From the NCBI GenBank assembly GCA_964510585.1, contig CAZECW010000062.1:30001-62000 (forward strand): a stretch of DNA of 32,000 bases, given 5' to 3'. Numbering within the stretch: the first letter of the stretch is position 1; the number at the start of each line of letters is the position of its first letter. The notes below the pieces were generated by a model. It was not told the DNA's origin. It did no database searches and saw only the letters and a program-made list of their open reading frames with translations. The position numbers and the translations under genes are program-made. Positions 15,961 to 24,692 of this stretch are shown piece after piece. This DNA is from an uncultured archaeon (GTDB lineage: Archaea > Asgardarchaeota > Jordiarchaeia > Jordiarchaeales > Jordiarchaeaceae).

Positions 15961-17082
15961 ATGGCATTCTTGGAACTAGAAAAGATAAGTAAAAGCTTTA
16001 AGGAAACTGTGAGCCTGAGAGGGAGACTTTCGGGGGTAAGTAGGGAAAATCCCGTTTTGAAAGATTTAAGTCTAAAGGTGGAGAAGGGGGAGTTAATAGT
16101 CATACTGGGTCCTACGGGTTGCGGGAAAAGCACGCTACTACACATAATTTGTGGTTTAATTAAACAGGATTCAGGGCACATCTACCTAGAGGGAGAATGT
16201 ATAGATAATCTCGCTCCAAACAAGAGAGAGGTATGTATGGTTTTTCAGGACTTCTGTCTTTTTCCACACATGAATGTGGCAGACAATGTTGCTTATGGGT
16301 TGTTTTCTCGAAAAGTGAAGAGGGAAACAGTTACTGAAAGAGTTAAGGAAGTTTTGGATAATTTGGATTTGTACCATCTCAGGTATCGTAAGCCGGAAAA
16401 CCTCAGCGGTGGAGAGAAGCAGAGGGTGGCCCTAGCAAGGGCTTTGGTTGTTCAGCCTAAAGTTTTGCTTTTTGACGAACCTCTTAGCAATCTAGATTTA
16501 AACGTTAGGAAAAGTGTGAGAAGCGAAATCTTGAGAGTCCAGAGGGAGTATGGGTTAACATCCATTTATGTGACCCACGACCAATATGAGGCGAGAAGTG
16601 TGGCTAATCGGGTGGCCATCATTCATAATGGCAAAATAGAACAAGTGGGAAAACCTGAGGACATTTTTTACAAACCCCAAACTGAATTCGTCGCCTCATT
16701 CACCGAAGCCGAAAACATACTGGAGGGCAAAGTGTTAGAGAACCGGCCCCATGAAGGACTCTCTGAGGTGCTTGTGGGAAACGTTAAAATTAGCGCCGCC
16801 TTTGACTCAGGTCTGAGCGTAGGTCAAGAAGTGAAATTGATGATAAGACCTGAAGACGTAATTATAGCGCGAGAAAAACCAGTTACAAGCGCTAGAAACG
16901 TCTTAAGGGGAAAGGTATCCAGTGTTGAGCCTCACGGTTCACTCTTCAAAGTGGACATAAACATAGAAGGTATATCTCTAAGCTGTTTAATATCAAAAAT
17001 ATCGCTGGAAGAATTTGGGGTCGCTACTGGTTCAAACCTGTATGTGGTTTTTAAATCCTCAGCGGTACACATAATTAAATGA
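15961..17082 (+). CDS. wtpC: Tungstate/molybdate ABC transporter ATPase with TOBE domains
   Basis: GPTGCGKS, LSGGEKQR, LLFDEP, and C-terminal TOBE pattern (SARNVLRGKV...VFKSSAVHI). Confidence 0.92.
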   Translation: MAFLELEKISKSFKETVSLRGRLSGVSRENPVLKDLSLKVEKGELIVILGPTGCGKSTLLHIICGLIKQDSGHIYLEGECIDNLAPNKREVCMVFQDFCLFPHMNVADNVAYGLFSRKVKRETVTERVKEVLDNLDLYHLRYRKPENLSGGEKQRVALARALVVQPKVLLFDEPLSNLDLNVRKSVRSEILRVQREYGLTSIYVTHDQYEARSVANRVAIIHNGKIEQVGKPEDIFYKPQTEFVASFTEAENILEGKVLENRPHEGLSEVLVGNVKISAAFDSGLSVGQEVKLMIRPEDVIIAREKPVTSARNVLRGKVSSVEPHGSLFKVDINIEGISLSCLISKISLEEFGVATGSNLYVVFKSSAVHIIK

Positions 17083-17113
17083 AGTTCCGTGAACCAAGAA
17101 AATGTTAGAATGG

Positions 17114-17815
17114 CTAAAGTTGGCAGTATGTTTTTACTGGACATGCGTCGCACTTGTTTTTTCTGCAGTAGTTCTTACCTATTCTGAGTAGGGCGGTTTC
17201 AAAATTTTGGAAATGGTACCCCTCAATCTTGTTTTGGTTCCAAATTTCATAAAGTTCTTGAAGATTTCTATTTTTATCGGCTTCTTTAATTAGGCCCAGA
17301 TTCTTAGCAGAGTTAACGGTTAATTCTTGGAGGGGAGGATTTGCCTTGTCCCAGATACCTCTAAGTTCCCTTAAGAAAATATTTACTGTAACATCCCCTA
17401 TTCCCTTCCCCAAGTTTTTTAATCTTTGCTCCAGATCCCGGGAATCACTTGATTTTTGGTGGAGGAGGTTCAAGTCTCCACCATACTCCTTCTCAAGATT
17501 GCCCATAACTTCCAAGAACTTGTCGGCTGTTTTGTAATCGTATCTTACATATCCGCCCCTATCAAGAATATAAACCAGTCCGTGCCAACCTGTTTTTAGA
17601 ATTTTTCCAGCTGACAGAAGACCGGCCCTCTCAAATTCGTAGTAGGTGTTTTTGGCTATGGTTTCCGAAATCCTAGCTCCAAAGAGCAGGGAGGCCACAA
17701 ACCATTTGAATACCTCATCTGAACCCCTTTTTTGCAGATTTATTCCCAGCTCAGTCGAAAACAATCCACCCATCTTAACAGTGATTTCCTCTACAAGTTC
17801 TCTCACATAGTCCAT
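17114..17815 (-). CDS. HhH-GPD / endonuclease III-related protein with C-terminal four-Cys motif
   Basis: LFGARISETIA, GGYVRYDYKTA, HhH-like GKGIGDVTVNIFLREL, terminal C-x4-C-x2-C-x5-C. Confidence 0.65.
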   Translation of the reverse strand: MDYVRELVEEITVKMGGLFSTELGINLQKRGSDEVFKWFVASLLFGARISETIAKNTYYEFERAGLLSAGKILKTGWHGLVYILDRGGYVRYDYKTADKFLEVMGNLEKEYGGDLNLLHQKSSDSRDLEQRLKNLGKGIGDVTVNIFLRELRGIWDKANPPLQELTVNSAKNLGLIKEADKNRNLQELYEIWNQNKIEGYHFQNFETALLRIGKNYCRKNKCDACPVKTYCQL

Positions 17816-18084
17816 ACTCTAAACTTTAATTTCGCCCCTTTAAAATCCTTGTTTAATGGACGGGACGCACAACTTATGGATTTTAGTAAGCCACTTTATT
17901 GAAAAGTTTCCAAAAAGTATCCATTAATCATCGGGAACTAGTAATTATACTTATGGAATTATAAAATGAAAAGAGGGATTTAGAGCCATATACCTTTTTT
18001 AAAGAATAATAAGAATTGGGAAAGGAAAAATTTATTATTTTAAATATTGGAGTAAATTAAACACTAAAAGGAGATGATTGACAA

Positions 18085-18951
18085 TTGTCGGGAGCATTTA
18101 GGTATGGAATGGTGTCTGGAATCGTAGCAGGTATGGTTGCGGCTATAATGGGACTACTTCTCTTCGTCACATTTCACAGCTTCAACTCTACCATTTTTGC
18201 CACAATACTGAGTGCGATAGGAACACTGATTGTAACCCTGTTTATGGGAATGATAGCTGTAGCTATATTTATAGTGCTAATGGCGATTTTCGGTGTCAAC
18301 CTGGTGGAGGCGATAAGAAAGTTCTTCGAAGAGTTATTGGCCCCAATATCTATGGTGATTATGTTAGGTTATTTCCAAGGACTTGTTTATAGTTTGCGTG
18401 TGTCTCTGTTTAACTCTATTTTCACAATTTTCATGGCTGTTTCTGGTATTTTGATATCTGCGGGGTTTTTCCTGAAGTTCCGACAGGAGGGAGCATATAC
18501 TTACATTGCGAGAGGCTTTTTTGCTATTGTGGGAATAATTGTTGCGGGTATACTTATATATCTGGGTTTAAGCCCAGTGGCGAACTACACTCTGGGGGTG
18601 TTCTCACTCGCCCTATTGTTTGCCGCCTATCCTAATTACCTTTATCTAAACACTGCCGCAGTTCTACTCCTTTCAGCATTTATGGCATTAGGCATCATGC
18701 AATTGAGGGAGAGACAAGAATCAGCAAAACCCACACTCTGCTCAGGAATTGGAATTATGGAAATCTTATCGGGAATCCTCTTTCTCGGAGGAGTAGTTAG
18801 TTATATAATGTTCATACTTGGTTTCGCCTCAATGCTCATAACATTCATTATTTGGTTACCATACGCTTGGTCAGAATACGGAGCAGCACCCAGCCTTCCC
18901 AAAAAAGCATCAAGAAAAGGCCCCCAGGAAGGAGTGCAAAAATGGGAGTAG
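18085..18951 (+). CDS. Multi-pass membrane protein of unknown function
   Basis: About 8 hydrophobic segments. TTG start after AAGGAGATGA. Confidence 0.75.
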   Translation: MSGAFRYGMVSGIVAGMVAAIMGLLLFVTFHSFNSTIFATILSAIGTLIVTLFMGMIAVAIFIVLMAIFGVNLVEAIRKFFEELLAPISMVIMLGYFQGLVYSLRVSLFNSIFTIFMAVSGILISAGFFLKFRQEGAYTYIARGFFAIVGIIVAGILIYLGLSPVANYTLGVFSLALLFAAYPNYLYLNTAAVLLLSAFMALGIMQLRERQESAKPTLCSGIGIMEILSGILFLGGVVSYIMFILGFASMLITFIIWLPYAWSEYGAAPSLPKKASRKGPQEGVQKWE

Positions 18952-19108
18952 AAACAAAACCGAATCACACCCACTATTTTTTCATTGCGGTAGCCATAAA
19001 TTAGGAGAGTGGGAAACTTTTAATACAATTCTTCTCTTATAGCCCACAGCATAAATGAAGAGTATTCAGGCGTATAAATTGAAAGGTATATTCAATAATG
19101 GTGGTTGG

Positions 19109-19995
19109 ATGAATATGGGTGAGTCTTGGGAGCATAAATTTGTTGAAACCAATGGGGTTCGTCTACACTACGTTGTTCAGGGTCAGGGTAAACTGATGAT
19201 TCTCTTACATGGTTTTCCCGAGTTCTGGTATTCTTGGAGGCACCAGATACCCGTTATGGCAAAGTACTTCAAAGTTGTAGCTCCAGACATGAGAGGCTAT
19301 AACGAGAGTGATAAACCCCTGGGAGTTAAAAATTATAGACTTAACATACTGGTTGAAGATGTTATGGGTGTCATTAAAGCCTTGGGAGAGGAAAAGCGAT
19401 AATAGTGGGTCACGATTGGGGAGGCATAGTAGCTTGGTACTTCGCAATGACCCATCCCGAAGCCACAGAGAAACTAATAATCATGAATGTTCCCCACCCC
19501 CAGGTTTGGCAGGAGAAAGCAAAATATAGTGCTAGGCAGCTTCAGAAGAGCTGGTACGTGTTCTTCTTTCAGACTGAGAAGGTTCCAGAGAGCTATTTTG
19601 GAAGGAACAATTTTCTAGCCATGAAGCTAATGCTTAGCAATTCAACCTTTAAGAAAGGGGTTTTCAGTGAAGAGGACTTGAAAAAATTCGTGGAGGCTTG
19701 GTCGAAACCCGGAGCGCTAACCGCAGCCATAAACTATTACCGAGCAAACATAAGACCCGAAATCTTCATGGAAGACATAGATTTAAAACTTCCAAAAATA
19801 ACCAGCCCCACACTGGTAATTTGGGGAGAGGAAGACCTAGCCCTCACCCTCGAGGTAAGCAAAGGGGCGGAAAAATACATTAATGCCCCCTATACAATAA
19901 AATACATACCCAAATGTGGACACTGGGTGCAACAGGAAGAACCAGAACTTGTAAACAAATATATGCTAGAATTTCTGAGCGAATACACCAAATAA
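19109..19995 (+). pseudogene. Epoxide-hydrolase-like alpha/beta hydrolase split by a 1-nt frameshift
   Basis: HGFPEFW, GHDWGG (Asp nucleophile), lid tyrosines in WYVFFFQ and NYYRAN, GEED, GHWVQQE are spread over two frames. One extra A in the A4 run at 19392-19395 restores [14 protein letters not shown]. Confidence 0.88.
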
Positions 19996-20302
19996 ATTCT
20001 AATATGTGAAGCTCAGGGCAGCAGAATAATAAATAAACACTAATCTATTTTTTTCCCTATATGTTGGAAAATTCACATTCCAATCAACAAAATTTAAATA
20101 AACATATATTCTACTATATATACAATATTTTATCGAAAATTTTGCATTTGGGAAAGCGATTCAAAAACTGAGACGAAGTAGCCTCATTTGATTCTCACCT
20201 TTACGGCTCCACAATGGTCATAGAAATGCTATACATGAGGCGAAATTAATCATCATCAAAGTGGGAAAATGAAATTTCTAAATTGAATGGAGCTGAAGAA
20301 GA

Positions 20303-21487
20303 ATGGTTTGGAGTGAGATGGCTAAAATAGCCGCTTCTTACGGATTGAATTTGGAGAACGCTTTCGTTGACGGATGGTTTCTGGCGGGTATGCAGATAGC
20401 CACTTTCGGCGGAGAATTTGTAAAAAGCTTTGGAGAAGGAGCAAGGGGAATACTCCTCCGTGGGGCAGTAGCCACTGGAAAATATGTGGGAAATAAAATA
20501 ACCAATGACTTTGGATTAGGCAAAGAACTAATTGACGTGGGAAGAATACAGAACCTGGTTATGTATTCAGTTCTCATGCCTCACACAATGGAGCAGTTAG
20601 AAAATGGGGACGTTAAATTGTCAGTTTTTGACTGTCCCTTTGCACCTTTTGCGGTTTTACTATCGGATCCTATGGCTTGTGAGATGTGCGTGGGATACGT
20701 TAGAGGCGCGGCAAAATATGTGACAGAGGGTAGAGCAGGGGTTTCAAGAGTAACACACATTCCTGCAGGAGACCAGAGATGTGACTTTTTTGTTAGGGAT
20801 GGTGTGCCCCATGGACTAACCCGCTACCAGATAAAAGCAAATATTCCACCTCAAGAGTACCTCTCAACACTTATCCAAAAAGATTTGAAATTCGTCAAAG
20901 AAAACTACTTTCCCAAGGCTTTCTCAAATCCCAAAATAGTAAGCCAGAACGCAAGTGAAGAGGAGAAAAAGGAACAGGCATTGGCCTACCTAATTGAGAT
21001 AATGTCTTTGGTTTTACGGGGATTAGTGATGACCGAGTCTTACAGTGCCTATAGCATCCTCGGAAAAGGCATCTCTTATAGAACTGCGGAAAGAGCTGGA
21101 AAAGCTGCCGCCGACCTTATGCTTGCTGGCTTTCCACCAGCAGTCAGCGGTTGGAACGAGAGGTTCGGTCTATCTAATACGGAGAAAAGAGCTGAGAAGG
21201 CCGCGGTATTATATTCAACAGTGATGAAGCTTGATGGTAAGGTTGGAGACGGGTGGTTTGAAGTTAGCAATTGCCTCTGGAAAAACATGGTTGAGGAAAT
21301 GTTGAAGGATCCAGCCGGTTATGATATGGCCAGCCTTAGTGAGTCAGATGAAGCGGAGGCAATGAAGTGTGGATGCGTCTCCTGTGATAGCTGCCTTAAA
21401 GGGCTTGTGGGTTCAAATGGCGTCCATGTAGAACAAGCCAGTTGCCAAGCTGACGGGGAAGACGGATGCCGCTGGGTTTTTAAATGA
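20303..21487 (+). CDS. Protein with two tandem V4R / ATC-hydrolase-like Cys domains
   Basis: Two repeats of a helical segment plus DCPF...CEMC...GDQRCDFFV and NCLW...CVSC...GEDGCRWVF. No other domain seen. Confidence 0.72.
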   Translation: MVWSEMAKIAASYGLNLENAFVDGWFLAGMQIATFGGEFVKSFGEGARGILLRGAVATGKYVGNKITNDFGLGKELIDVGRIQNLVMYSVLMPHTMEQLENGDVKLSVFDCPFAPFAVLLSDPMACEMCVGYVRGAAKYVTEGRAGVSRVTHIPAGDQRCDFFVRDGVPHGLTRYQIKANIPPQEYLSTLIQKDLKFVKENYFPKAFSNPKIVSQNASEEEKKEQALAYLIEIMSLVLRGLVMTESYSAYSILGKGISYRTAERAGKAAADLMLAGFPPAVSGWNERFGLSNTEKRAEKAAVLYSTVMKLDGKVGDGWFEVSNCLWKNMVEEMLKDPAGYDMASLSESDEAEAMKCGCVSCDSCLKGLVGSNGVHVEQASCQADGEDGCRWVFK

Positions 21488-21577
21488 GCTTATCGGCCTA
21501 TTTTTCATCCTTCAACTTTTCCTTATTAATCTCACCATTCAATGGTAATGTGGATTGGCTGATTCTACCCTACCCAA

Positions 21578-21843
21578 TCATTTTTTTAACGTGTAACCGA
21601 AGACATCAAGTAGCGTAGGTATCACCGTCTTGTCTCCGAGTTCCTCTTGCTCGCTGACAAATTTTTGGCAGTCCCCTTGCCAGATACATCTTCCTTTTCA
21701 TCCCCAACTATCTTGTGACTCTAGAGAAATATGCCTCCTGTAAGTACCACTGGATTCTCCCCTCTATTTTCTCCGATCCTCACACCTGGAATTTCAAGTA
21801 CTTTATGTTCCGTTTTGAATTCAAATGTACTAACCACTTTCAT
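21578..21843 (-). pseudogene. mtrH: Decayed, truncated mtrH-like (methylcorrinoid:pterin methyltransferase) gene
   Basis: Hand translation FEFKTEHKVLEIPGVRIGENRGENPVVLTGGIFL*SHKIVGDEK...AKN/VSEQEELGDKTVIPTLLDVFG matches the MtrH N-terminus. In-frame TAG at 21721-21723, frameshift near 21660, stop at 21578-21580. Confidence 0.8.
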
Positions 21844-21900
21844 TCAAATGAACCAGTTAATCGGAACGAATTGTTTGGAAAGGAGAATGATTAGCCTTTT

Positions 21901-23163
21901 TCAGTATTTTCCGTACTTCTTTACCGCATCTGTCAATGCTTTAATGTTTTCTGGTTTCACGTCTAGTGATGATGCCTCAGCTGGAGCTAGTGCAAAGCCG
22001 CCGCCAGGTTTTAGGTCTTCAAGCAGACTCTTAACATGCTCTCTAACCTTTTCAGGTGTCCCTCCAGCCAGTAAAGAGCCCGGTATGCCGCCCATTATGC
22101 ATGTGTGGCCTCCCAGCACTTCTTTAGCTTTTCTTAAGTCAGCTCTCTCAAAGTATGCCACTGTCTTTCCCTTTGGTAGTTCGAGTATTGTTTCCAGATG
22201 AGGTGTGTGGTCTCCCTCATAGAATACGAAGGGCGTTAGTCCAGCTTTGATTAGTTCTCCAATAACTTTCTTGAGGGCTGGCCAGTAATATTCATTGTAT
22301 AGTTTTGGCGATAACATCGAGTTTAGGTGTAATGGTATGAAGGCAAGCACAATGTCCGTTCCAAAAAACTTCTTAACCTCTGGCGGTACTTGACCCGAAA
22401 CAACTCCGACTTTAGCTGCAAGGGGTGTTAATACTTCGGTGGCCTGCTCTACCTTGTCGGGAATTCGGTGAAGGTCAACAACGACATCTGTTACGTGGCG
22501 CATAAAGTCGCCGATAAGATCCAGTGGCGAGTAAGACCAGGCAAATGGAAATGAGGGGTATCCAAGATTTTTAAGCTCCGCAGTTAATTCTTGCATCATA
22601 GCGCCATACTTTGCAACATCCATTCCCAGTTTGATCATTGCGCCATATGCTTTAGCTGAGTTCGGTTTTTCCAAGCTCCTGCACACTCTTGGCAACAGAA
22701 CCTCGTTGATAAAGCCAAGGGGATCCTCTATTAGTTTACCGTATTCTTCTGGTTCCATAAATTTTCCGCCGAGGAATTGTGGATACGTGTTCTCCGAAGT
22801 TTCCCTTCCTGGCCACTTAGTGTACTTATCCTGCAAAATATCATGCATGGGTCCTGTCAAAAAGCGAACAAATGGGGCTATGTCGGGGTGACTATCAATG
22901 AGGGCCAAACTAAATATGAAACCTTCTAATCCCGAAAAACAACCAAACATGTCGAACCCGAAGTCTGATGCAACCTTTATAACTCCCTTTTTACATTCTT
23001 GGTAGTCGAAGGCTATTTTCTCATAAGTCGTTCCTAAGTAACTTACTGGGAGAAAGCAAGCAGCCATCATTATCGGCACTCTGTCCGGTTCCTTTACACG
23101 TATTACTTTCTCCAGCCTTTCAAGTCTCTCCTTTAAGAGGACTTCACGTTTAGGTTTGGACAT
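21901..23163 (-). CDS. URO-D-family corrinoid methyltransferase (putative methyltransferase I / O-demethylase)
   Basis: EPDRVP N-terminal motif, FYEGD, GHTCIMGGIP, KPGGGFALAP, KPENIKAL. Adjacent to a corrinoid protein. Confidence 0.88.
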   Translation of the reverse strand: MSKPKREVLLKERLERLEKVIRVKEPDRVPIMMAACFLPVSYLGTTYEKIAFDYQECKKGVIKVASDFGFDMFGCFSGLEGFIFSLALIDSHPDIAPFVRFLTGPMHDILQDKYTKWPGRETSENTYPQFLGGKFMEPEEYGKLIEDPLGFINEVLLPRVCRSLEKPNSAKAYGAMIKLGMDVAKYGAMMQELTAELKNLGYPSFPFAWSYSPLDLIGDFMRHVTDVVVDLHRIPDKVEQATEVLTPLAAKVGVVSGQVPPEVKKFFGTDIVLAFIPLHLNSMLSPKLYNEYYWPALKKVIGELIKAGLTPFVFYEGDHTPHLETILELPKGKTVAYFERADLRKAKEVLGGHTCIMGGIPGSLLAGGTPEKVREHVKSLLEDLKPGGGFALAPAEASSLDVKPENIKALTDAVKKYGKY

Positions 23164-23796
23164 TTACTTCATCCCCACAAATTCTTTAATGAGTTTTATA
23201 CCTGTTGCAGCATCTCTCGTCCATGCGTCCGCCCCCACGTACTTCTTAGCATCCTCGTCCACCCTTCCGCCGCCAATTATTACCTTAACTTTATCCCTAA
23301 GGCCGGCATCCTTGATTGCATCAATGGTTTTCTTCATTGACTCTATGGCTTCTGTTAGCAAGCCGCTTAACCCAAGTGTTTCTGGCTTATTCTTCTTGAT
23401 TGCCTCTACAAATTTCTTTGGTGGAACGTCTACTCCAAGATCTATTACCTCAAATCCACTTGCTTCAAGGAGAGCTGTGACAATGTTCTTACCTATATCG
23501 TGAATATCCCCTTCAACAGTACCAATGGCGATCTTGCCAACTTTCTTGACTTCCTTTGTGCCAATTACAGGTTTCAGTATTTCGAGTGCTCCCTTTAGCA
23601 TTTCGCCAGCCATTATGAGGTCAGATATGAAGTATTGTTTCTCCTCAAACATTTTGCCAATTTTGTCTGTAGCCCTTCTTATGTCCTCAAGAATAGAATG
23701 CACATCTTCTCCAGACTCAACCATTTTCTTCAAAATTTGGAGACTCCTCTCATCGAGATCTGCTAAGGTTTTTACAAATTCCTCATGAAGACTCAA
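23164..23796 (-). CDS. Methyltransferase corrinoid (B12-binding) protein, MtaC/MtoC-like
   Basis: Cap domain YFISDLIMAG and Rossmann domain GTVEGDIHDIGKN (DxHxxG), LSGLLT, IIGGG. TTG start after GGTGGGTGG. Confidence 0.95.
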   Translation of the reverse strand: MSLHEEFVKTLADLDERSLQILKKMVESGEDVHSILEDIRRATDKIGKMFEEKQYFISDLIMAGEMLKGALEILKPVIGTKEVKKVGKIAIGTVEGDIHDIGKNIVTALLEASGFEVIDLGVDVPPKKFVEAIKKNKPETLGLSGLLTEAIESMKKTIDAIKDAGLRDKVKVIIGGGRVDEDAKKYVGADAWTRDAATGIKLIKEFVGMK

Positions 23797-24309
23797 AATC
23801 CACCCACCTATTCCTAATTCAAGGGCGTAAAAAAGTTATTAGTATATTTCTAATTTCTGGGGCGTTGTTTAGAAACTACGTCCCCTTGAGAAGGGAGGAC
23901 TGGGCTTCTGGAAAGAAGCTCTATTGAAAAATTCCTTTTAACAGAAAGGTGGAACAAAGGGAGAGTATTAGGACCATGTACAGAAGACAGCCCGAGCCCC
24001 ATCCCAAGATATACTCTAGGGATTCTGCACGAAATACCTTTTTTACACCCTACATAAATGGAATATATAAACTATATAAGTATATCGGCAAGACGAAATC
24101 CTTACACTTCCCCGCCCACATAGTAACTATTCGCTCCCAATATCTCAAGTAGCGTGTACTCAAGTTTGTTGGCTACCCACATAGTAGGATAAGCTCACCG
24201 CCTCCCAAGTGCACCGAATAAAGAAAAGAGGATTAAGAGCCGGTTATTCTGAAGGATATACAATTAGGGTACGGGTGCTCCAAGGAAGGTTTGTACCGTT
24301 TCAGCAAAC

Positions 24310-24459
24310 ATGGGCTACTGGGGGACTTGCCCTCTATGTAAGGTTCATAACAGACATGCTTGTCATGGCGAGGAAGGATGCGGAGAATGTGATAAGCTCC
24401 CTCAAAAAAGTATAATTCAGAGATGCACACTAAAGAAGTCATCCCAACCCCACCGATGA
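24310..24459 (+). pseudogene. Cys/His-rich 49-codon frame, possible DUF3795-like remnant or small metal-binding protein
   Basis: MGYWGTCPLCKVHNRHACHGEEGCGECDKLP...: two CxxC motifs, 6 Cys. Stops lie upstream in the same frame. Confidence 0.35.
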
Positions 24460-24642
24460 AAAGGTCCTGAGAGGCTCCACTAATTTTGTCCGAGTCTTAA
24501 ATTGGGGAGGCATTATAATCATTCAGTCCAGCGGCTAAAACAAAATTACATGTTTCTTTTAACGCGATTTTTTGGACAAATGTGCAAACGGGTACCTTTT
24601 CAATCGCGATTTTCATGTTTCAAATTTTTAGAAGGGTATTCC

Positions 24643-24650
24643 TTTATATA
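24643..24650 (+). promoter_or_regulatory. TATA box of first acyl-CoA ligase
   Basis: TTTATATA about 45 nt upstream of ATG 24693. Confidence 0.55.
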
Positions 24651-24692
24651 ATAGTTTTACCATTTTTCTTTCCAAAAAATGGAGGAGAGAAG

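Noticed and set aside
21721-21723. In-frame TAG in a methyltransferase-linked gene as possible pyrrolysine or stop-codon recoding
   Set aside because: The same gene also has a frameshift and truncation. MtrH is not a known Pyl protein, and TAG is the normal stop of intact genes here (15000, 18951, 29767).
24116-24187. 11-bp direct repeat CCCACATAGTA, two copies 61 bp apart, as a degenerate CRISPR or regulatory repeat
   Set aside because: Only two short copies, with no array or cas genes.
24209-24415. 68-aa ORF in the track
   Set aside because: No motif; the overlapping Cys-rich frame is the better candidate.
24441-24490. HPNPTDEKVLRG resembling CoxS-type 2Fe-2S proteins
   Set aside because: The required following NLCRC motif is absent; likely chance.
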